DNA from: Pyrinomonadaceae bacterium
GTDB taxonomy: Bacteria > Acidobacteriota > Blastocatellia > Pyrinomonadales > Pyrinomonadaceae
Direction: 5' to 3'
Length of the DNA: 64,000 nucleotides
NCBI GenBank assembly: GCA_046261855.1
Contig: JBHENX010000067.1
Coordinates: 21,141-85,140, forward strand
A program made the translations under genes and the position numbers. The notes beneath the pieces were generated by a model. That model saw nothing but the letters and a program-made list of their open reading frames with translations. It searched no databases and was not told the origin of the DNA. Below, piece after piece: positions 58,237 through 64,000 of the stretch. How positions within the stretch are numbered: the first letter of the stretch is position 1; each line of letters starts with the position of its first letter.

Positions 58237-59493
58237 GTGCTTCCTAACGCCAATGTCGCTGTCGACGCGGTCTACCGGTCTGACTGGGGCCGCATTGTGG
58301 CCACTTTGATCCGTCAGTTTGGCGACTTTGAGCTCGCGGAAGACGCGGCGCAGGAAGCATTTACCGCCGCCGTCGATCAATGGCGCACTGACGGCGTCCC
58401 CGAAACTCCGAGCGCCTGGATTATCCAGACAGCCAAACACAAAGCCATCGATCGTCTCCGGCGGCAAACTCGACTCCAGGAAAAACTCGAGACTCATCCG
58501 GAGTTCTTTCCGAGCGAGATCATCGATGAGCCAACCTTCAATTGGGGCGAAATTCCTGACGATCGTCTGCGGCTGATCTTCACCTGCTGCCATCCGGCAC
58601 TCGCGCTCGAAGCGCAAGTGGCGCTCACGTTGCGCACCCTGGGCGGACTGCAAACCGATGAGATCGCACGCGCGTTTCTTGTTCCGGCCACTACTATGGC
58701 CCAACGTCTCGTGCGCGCCAAACGCAAAATACGCGATGCCGGCATTCCCTTCACCGTGCCGGACACCAGCGAAATGCCTGAACGTCTCGACGCGGTGCTC
58801 ACGGCCATCTATCTCATCTTCACCGAAGGTTACGCAGCGACTCGCGGCCAGCCACTCATCCGCGCAGACTTGTGCGCGGAAGCGATTCGCCTGGGCCGGC
58901 TCGTCAGAACGCTGCTCGAATCCAACCCCCCGGCCGAAGCCAGTGCGCTCGTTGCGTTGATGTTGCTGCACGATTCCCGCCGCGAAGCTCGACTGGATGA
59001 AGCAGGCGATCTGGTGGTGCTGGAAGAACAGGATCGCAGCCGGTGGAACAAGGAGCAGATCGCCGAGGCGTTGGCGTTAATTGATGAAGCACTCAGCAAG
59101 ACGCCTGGTCCATTTGCGCTTGAAGCAGCGATTGCGGCGGAGCATTGCAAGGCTGCTCGCGCGGAAGACACGGATTGGCCACGAATCGTCACGCTTTACG
59201 ATCTGTTGTACCAACTGCTGCCGTCGCCCGTCGTGGCGTTGAATCGCGCAGTAGCGATTGCGATGGCCCAGGGACCGCAAACAGGTTTGGCAATCATTGA
59301 TGAACTCGCTGAGTCGGGTGAGTTAGACGAGTATCACCTGCTGCATGCCGCCCGCGCTGACATGTTGCGCCGTTTGGGAGCGAACGCAGAAGCGGCGGAA
59401 AGCTACGAACTCGCCTTGAAACTGGCGAGCAACGATAGCGAACGCCGCTTCCTCGAACGCCGGCTGCGCGAAGTGCGCACTCCCGTGTCGTAA
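58237..59493 (+). CDS. ECF-type RNA polymerase sigma factor with a long helical (TPR-like) C-terminal extension (COG4941-type)
   Basis: 418 aa with a GTG start. Region 2 reads [16 protein letters not shown]...[19 protein letters not shown]. Region 4 reads [36 protein letters not shown]. About 230 aa of extension follow. Confidence 0.75.
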   Translation: MLPNANVAVDAVYRSDWGRIVATLIRQFGDFELAEDAAQEAFTAAVDQWRTDGVPETPSAWIIQTAKHKAIDRLRRQTRLQEKLETHPEFFPSEIIDEPTFNWGEIPDDRLRLIFTCCHPALALEAQVALTLRTLGGLQTDEIARAFLVPATTMAQRLVRAKRKIRDAGIPFTVPDTSEMPERLDAVLTAIYLIFTEGYAATRGQPLIRADLCAEAIRLGRLVRTLLESNPPAEASALVALMLLHDSRREARLDEAGDLVVLEEQDRSRWNKEQIAEALALIDEALSKTPGPFALEAAIAAEHCKAARAEDTDWPRIVTLYDLLYQLLPSPVVALNRAVAIAMAQGPQTGLAIIDELAESGELDEYHLLHAARADMLRRLGANAEAAESYELALKLASNDSERRFLERRLREVRTPVS

Positions 59494-59506
59494 CTTCATT
59501 GCCGAT

Positions 59507-59980
59507 TTAACCGGCGCCGCCTTTGGCGGCCATAGCGGCGAGCCGCTTGTCCATCTCTTCCGGTGTAACGTCTTCCGTGTGAGTGGCGACGGTCCAAACG
59601 TGTCCAAACGGGTCGGTTAAAGTTCCCGAACGATCCCCGTAGAACTGATCCTCCAACGGCTTTACTTCCTTGCCACCTGCCGCAATCGCCTGGTTAAAAA
59701 TCCTGTCCACGTCGTCCACGTAAATCATGATACCCACCGGGCTGCCACCCAATGTCGTCGGTGAAACGTGGCCCTCCCCCGGGTGTTCGTCGGCCAGCAT
59801 AATCGGCGAGTCGCCAATCTTGATCTCCGCATGGCCAATCTTTCCTTCGTGCTCCATGCGAAACAGTTCGGTCGCGCCAAACGCGGTTTTATAAAACTCC
59901 AGCGCCTGAGCAGCACCTTTGATAACGAGGTACGGTGTTACCGAGTGATATCCCTCCGGAATCGGCTTAACGTCTGCCAT
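59507..59980 (-). CDS. VOC-superfamily (PhnB-like glyoxalase fold) protein
   Basis: 157 aa. It reads GYHSVTPYLVIKGAAQALEFYKTAFGA...IGHAEIKIGDSPIMLADE...DPFGHVWTVATH. Confidence 0.7.
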   Translation of the reverse strand: MADVKPIPEGYHSVTPYLVIKGAAQALEFYKTAFGATELFRMEHEGKIGHAEIKIGDSPIMLADEHPGEGHVSPTTLGGSPVGIMIYVDDVDRIFNQAIAAGGKEVKPLEDQFYGDRSGTLTDPFGHVWTVATHTEDVTPEEMDKRLAAMAAKGGAG

Positions 59981-60011
59981 AAAAGTCCCCTTTCGTCTGT
60001 CTTGATTTTGT

Positions 60012-60875
60012 TTATTTTAAGAGCTTTTTCTTGTCGAGAAATGCGATTACCGCCGCGTTGAACTCCTTCGCTTTACCCATGTGCAGAAAGTGGTCCACCC
60101 CCTCCCACATCTGGTAGTCCAGGTCAGGCGCGAGGCTGCGGAAAAACTGTTCTGTGTCCGGCGCCCAGAACGGCGACTTCGCGAGTATCGCCAGTACCGG
60201 AACGTTGATCTTGTCAGTCCCGTAGAGTGCTTCGTCTGACATCGCTTCCATCGCGCTCACCAACACTTGATGGGGCGTGCTCTCAAACGAAGTTTTCACA
60301 CGCGCCTTATCATCCGCCGACAGCATCGCCGTCATCTGGGCTGACATTGGCGCCAACGCTTCTTTGTAGTTTGGCCCACGCAGCGGCGCCATGAACTGCT
60401 CCCGTTGTTCTTTCGTGCCGAACGGCCGCAGTCCGCCATCGACGATCACGAGCGCCAGGGTTTTCTGCGGGTACTTGCGATAGAACTGTCTAATCACGGG
60501 CGTTCCCATGCTGTGGCCCAGCAGCACGGCGCGTTCGACTTTCGCATCTTTCATCACCGCATCGATCGCGGCCGCGAAGTAGTCCATGGTGTAGCTGGTT
60601 TCGGGTTTGTCACTCTTTCCATGACCCGGTAGATCGAGCGCGATCACGCGCGCGCGTTTTGCCAAGTCGGGAACCTGAGCGCGCCAGAAATCGTGGTTGC
60701 TGCCCCAACCGTGGACCAGCACGAAAGCGTCACTGCCCTTGCCCTGATCCAAGTAATAAATCTTCGTGGTGTCGAGCTTCGCAAACTTCTCCTGAGCCAC
60801 ACCCAAAGAAGCATTTGCCAGCAACAGAGCCGTGATCGCAAATAAGAACGAAATAGGTTTGAGGTTTTTAGTCAT
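60012..60875 (-). CDS. Secreted alpha/beta hydrolase
   Basis: 287 aa with a signal peptide. It carries VLVHGWGSN and the nucleophile elbow LLGHSMGT. Confidence 0.8.
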   Translation of the reverse strand: MTKNLKPISFLFAITALLLANASLGVAQEKFAKLDTTKIYYLDQGKGSDAFVLVHGWGSNHDFWRAQVPDLAKRARVIALDLPGHGKSDKPETSYTMDYFAAAIDAVMKDAKVERAVLLGHSMGTPVIRQFYRKYPQKTLALVIVDGGLRPFGTKEQREQFMAPLRGPNYKEALAPMSAQMTAMLSADDKARVKTSFESTPHQVLVSAMEAMSDEALYGTDKINVPVLAILAKSPFWAPDTEQFFRSLAPDLDYQMWEGVDHFLHMGKAKEFNAAVIAFLDKKKLLK

Positions 60876-60885
60876 GCTAACTCCC

Positions 60886-61701
60886 TTAGTTTTTAGTAAC
60901 CACGACGAGTGTCATGTCGTCTGTAAGCGGCCGCCGCGCGGCGAAGTCCTGCACGGCGCCGAGCACTGAAAACAACATCGTTTCCGCCGAACCACCGCGC
61001 GCGCGACGGAACTCGGCTTCCAGCCGCCGGCTGCCAAACTCGTGATCCGCTTCGTTGAATGATTCGAGTATACCGTCAGAACAGATCAATAGCGCATCGC
61101 CGTCGCGGAGTTGTACCGTGCCACAATCAAATCCAGCAAAGGGTATAACGCCGAGCACTGGTCCGCCATCCGCAAGAGTCTCGAGCTGTCCGTCGGCGCG
61201 TAGTAATAACGCCGGCGGATGTCCCGCGCTGCAATAGTCGAGCGTGCCCGAAAACTCGTCGAGCCGCGCCACAAACAAACTGCTCAACGGCACGACTGAC
61301 GACAACCGCACGAAGTCGCGATTCACCGCGGCTACTATCGCTTCCGGGCGACTGTTCTCCGCCGTGCTCATGCGAATCAATGCGGCCAGATGACTGACCC
61401 ACATTCCGGCGGCGAGTCCCTTGCCGCCGATGTCGCCGAGGGCCAGCACCATTCCGTCTCGAGTTTCTTCTACCGTGAAAAAGTCACCCGGCAGGTGACG
61501 CACCGCGAAGATCTCGCTCGCGATGTCAAAAGGTCCGTAGTGAACCAGAGTCGGCGCACACAAGCGCCGGTGCACCTGCGCTGCTTCGAAGATCGCCGCG
61601 TTCAACTCAGCGTAGTGCCGTTGCAAAGTCTCCAGCTTCGCTTCGAGTTCGGCAACAGGAGTGGCCGGAGACAGCTCTATAGTAAGTGCTGGGGCAGTCA
61701 T
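60886..61701 (-). CDS. PP2C/SpoIIE-family serine phosphatase (RsbU-like)
   Basis: 271 aa. It carries LPGDFF, LGDIGGKGLAAG, YCSAGHPPALL, LICSDGILE and DDMTLVVV. Confidence 0.8.
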   Translation of the reverse strand: MTAPALTIELSPATPVAELEAKLETLQRHYAELNAAIFEAAQVHRRLCAPTLVHYGPFDIASEIFAVRHLPGDFFTVEETRDGMVLALGDIGGKGLAAGMWVSHLAALIRMSTAENSRPEAIVAAVNRDFVRLSSVVPLSSLFVARLDEFSGTLDYCSAGHPPALLLRADGQLETLADGGPVLGVIPFAGFDCGTVQLRDGDALLICSDGILESFNEADHEFGSRRLEAEFRRARGGSAETMLFSVLGAVQDFAARRPLTDDMTLVVVTKN

Positions 61702-61727
61702 AACATGATCCCCTGAATCCGTGGGAA

Positions 61728-62411
61728 CTAGCCCACAAACTTGTAACCACTGCCATGAACGGTAAGTATGAAACGAGGCTCTTCGGGATTTGGTTCGAGC
61801 TTCTGTCTGAGATGAACGATGTGTGTATCAACAGTACGCGTGCTCGGATAATTTTCGTAACCCCAAACCGCGTCCAGCAAACGATCGCGACTCAACGTTT
61901 CGACCGGATGCGCAATGAAGTAAGCCAGCAGCGCAAACTCCTTCGACGAAAGATCGATCAGTTCCCCGTTTCGCCGCACTTCATTGCTGCGAACGTTAAC
62001 TTCCACATCGCTGAACCGATAGATCTCCTGCGCGGGCATCGTCGATGACGAACGACGCAGCACGGCTTTCACGCGCGCCATCAGTTCGCGCACCGAAAAC
62101 GGTTTCGTCACGTAATCATCCGCGCCGAGTTCCAGTCCGACAACTTTATCGATCTCCTGCCCACGCGCAGTCAGCATGATGATCGGCACCGCGGGCCGCT
62201 GCGCTTTCAACTGCTTGCAAACGTCGAGACCGCTCATGCGCGGCATCATCACATCGAGCACCACGAGATCCGGCGAGTCTTTCAACGCGCGTTCGAGACC
62301 GGTCACGCCGTCTCCCGCGCTGATCACTTCGTAGCCTTCGTACTCGAAGTTGTCACGCAGACCGGCAACCATCGCGGGTTCATCTTCGACGATGAGTATT
62401 TTGCTCTTCAT
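61728..62411 (-). CDS. OmpR/PhoB-family response regulator
   Basis: 227 aa. The REC domain reads KILIVEDEPAM..DLVVLDVMMP..LTAR..KPF. The winged-helix domain reads ..LSSKEFALLAYF...VHGSGYKFV. Confidence 0.9.
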   Translation of the reverse strand: MKSKILIVEDEPAMVAGLRDNFEYEGYEVISAGDGVTGLERALKDSPDLVVLDVMMPRMSGLDVCKQLKAQRPAVPIIMLTARGQEIDKVVGLELGADDYVTKPFSVRELMARVKAVLRRSSSTMPAQEIYRFSDVEVNVRSNEVRRNGELIDLSSKEFALLAYFIAHPVETLSRDRLLDAVWGYENYPSTRTVDTHIVHLRQKLEPNPEEPRFILTVHGSGYKFVG

Positions 62412-62423
62412 GATAATCGCCTC

Positions 62424-64000
62424 CTACGCGGCGCCACTTGTGCTGGGCGTGGCAGTTTGGGTTGCGCCGGCCTGCGCTGCGCCGGCCAGCGGCAACCGTA
62501 GCGTAAACTTGCTGCCTCGTCCGGGCGTGCTTTCCACTTCCACTTCGCCGCCGTGAGCGTGCGTGATGTGTTTCACCAGTGATAAACCGAGTCCGCTGCC
62601 TTTCGTGTTGTGCACGAGCGGATCGCACGTGCGGTAAAACTTCTCGAAGATCCGCGCCTGCTCGTGACGTTCGATGCCGATGCCGCGGTCGATCACCTCG
62701 AGCTTCAACACGCTCTGTTCACGATAAAGCTTAACGCCCAGAAATTTTTCGCTGTCCGAGTATTTCAGTGCATTGTTGACCAGGTTGACAAGCGCCCGCG
62801 CGATGGCTTCGCGATCGACCCGCACCTTGGGAATGCCCGGTTCGATCCGTTCTTCGAGAACGAACCCCTGTTGCTCGATCTGAAACCGATATGAATCGAG
62901 TGTGTTGCGTACGAGCTCAGCGATGTCCGTTTCCCTGAAATCGTATTCCTTGGCTCCGGCTTCGATCCGTGAGAAGTCGAGAATGTTATTGATCAAGGCG
63001 GTCAGGCGTTCGCTCTCTTTGCGAATGATGCTGTAGTACTCGTGTTTCTTTTCCACCGTTGTGATGCGGCCGAGTTCGAGTGTTTCGGCGTAAAGTCGAA
63101 TCAGGGCCAGAGGCGTACGCAGTTCGTGCGAAACGTTCGAGACGAAGTCTGACTTCAATCGAGCGAGTGCGACCTGTTTGTTGACGCTGCGATACGTCAA
63201 CACCAGTCCTCCGATCATCAGCACCGACAACACACCCAGAATCAAAAAACTTTGAAAGACCCAGTTTCGGCTAATCGCTTCCGCCGTTGTCCCCTGAAAC
63301 TTGATACCCAGCGACAGACCGCGAAAAGGATCGTCGAGGTTCTGCGACACTTCCGGTTTTCCCGAGCCCCACGTAGGCGACGCAGCAAACGGCCGATAAC
63401 CTCGGCCGGAGCCGCCATCCGCGAGGTAGACCATCATCGTCAGCCGTTTGTCCGGGTGATTTTGGTCAACATCCTCCGGCGTCAGCTCGTGCAGCATCGA
63501 GGCGACTGAGCCTTCCTGCCTGTAGCTCAGCTTTGTGGCGATCGTTTCATCGAGCATCGCCGGCAAGAAGTTTTCCTTCAGATAACTGGTGTCGAGACTC
63601 GCTCCACCGAGCACGGGTCGATCTTTGGGCAGGTGGGGAAACGTAAAGAACGCGGTTGTAGCATATGCGGGACCGGCGGCAGTTTCCGTTTCTACGCTAT
63701 ACCAAAACATCCGCTTGGTCCTTTTGTTTGTCAGGTCCACCATCTGGCGCCCTTCCATACCAAACCAACCGCTGTACATTTCCGCGAGGTGCTTGCGTTC
63801 CGTTTCACTGAGCTTTGGTTGCGCCTCGAGAATGAGTTTGTTTTCGCTCTTGTCGACGTCGTAAATAAATGCGTAAGCAAACCAGGGCGACTGAGCGAGC
63901 ATGGCCTTGAGTTTTTTCCGCTTGTCCTGTTCGGTATCCCCGTCGTTGGGAAACTGGTCACGGCCTTGTTCGATCAGAGCGTAGGTTTTTTCCCTGAGCT
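62424..64000 (-). CDS. Sensor histidine kinase; the 5' end probably lies beyond the window
   Basis: It carries the H-box FVSNVSHELRTPL, then NLVNNALKYS, DRGIGI and GSGLGLSLV. The first ATG is at 63902, but the frame has no stop between 63903 and 64000, so the gene may start outside the window. Confidence 0.8.
   Translation of the reverse strand, partial: LREKTYALIEQGRDQFPNDGDTEQDKRKKLKAMLAQSPWFAYAFIYDVDKSENKLILEAQPKLSETERKHLAEMYSGWFGMEGRQMVDLTNKRTKRMFWYSVETETAAGPAYATTAFFTFPHLPKDRPVLGGASLDTSYLKENFLPAMLDETIATKLSYRQEGSVASMLHELTPEDVDQNHPDKRLTMMVYLADGGSGRGYRPFAASPTWGSGKPEVSQNLDDPFRGLSLGIKFQGTTAEAISRNWVFQSFLILGVLSVLMIGGLVLTYRSVNKQVALARLKSDFVSNVSHELRTPLALIRLYAETLELGRITTVEKKHEYYSIIRKESERLTALINNILDFSRIEAGAKEYDFRETDIAELVRNTLDSYRFQIEQQGFVLEERIEPGIPKVRVDREAIARALVNLVNNALKYSDSEKFLGVKLYREQSVLKLEVIDRGIGIERHEQARIFEKFYRTCDPLVHNTKGSGLGLSLVKHITHAHGGEVEVESTPGRGSKFTLRLPLAGAAQAGATQTATPSTSGAA

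Noticed and set aside
58231-58971. 246-aa minus-strand ORF
   Set aside because: It runs antisense to the sigma factor gene, which has recognisable regions 2 and 4. It would also require extending the YciI-like gene past its good SD-plus-ATG at 58157.

Overview
This 64 kb window has moderately high GC content. Its gene content suggests Acidobacteriota: an acidobacterial-type VWA protein, CarboxypepD_reg-type TonB-dependent receptor-like barrels, and many YciI/VOC/DoxX small proteins. That assignment is inferred from gene content only. Coding density is high, and I recognised no rRNA, tRNA or CRISPR array.

Main points:
- **Lasso-peptide cluster (about 21.5-27.8 kb).** It encodes an ABC exporter, a fused RRE/transglutaminase-like B protein and an Asn-synthetase-like cyclase. 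Two unannotated paralogous precursor ORFs of 48-49 aa follow. Two-component and XRE-type regulators lie upstream.
- **Convergent operon next to it.** It encodes a fused ECF sigma/anti-sigma protein, a TonB-dependent receptor-like barrel and a large S8 peptidase.
- **Probable selenoprotein (55.8-56.6 kb).** A membrane-anchored peroxiredoxin-like gene has an in-frame TGA at the redox-Cys position, followed by a SECIS-like hairpin.
- **RND/TolC fusion.** A single 1650-aa ORF joins an RND efflux pump to a complete TolC precursor.
- **XRE/ImmA pair beside a tandem-Ku operon.** The operon contains ORFs that seem to need CTG starts.
- **Other content.** Bacillithiol genes (bshA, bshB) flank an Nfu gene, and there is an ElaB/YqjD-like stress cluster with a collagen-like repeat. 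There is also a MITE-like element with 36-bp inverted repeats. Several palindromes, hairpins and terminators are listed individually.

All functional calls come from reading motifs in the translations. No database search was run.
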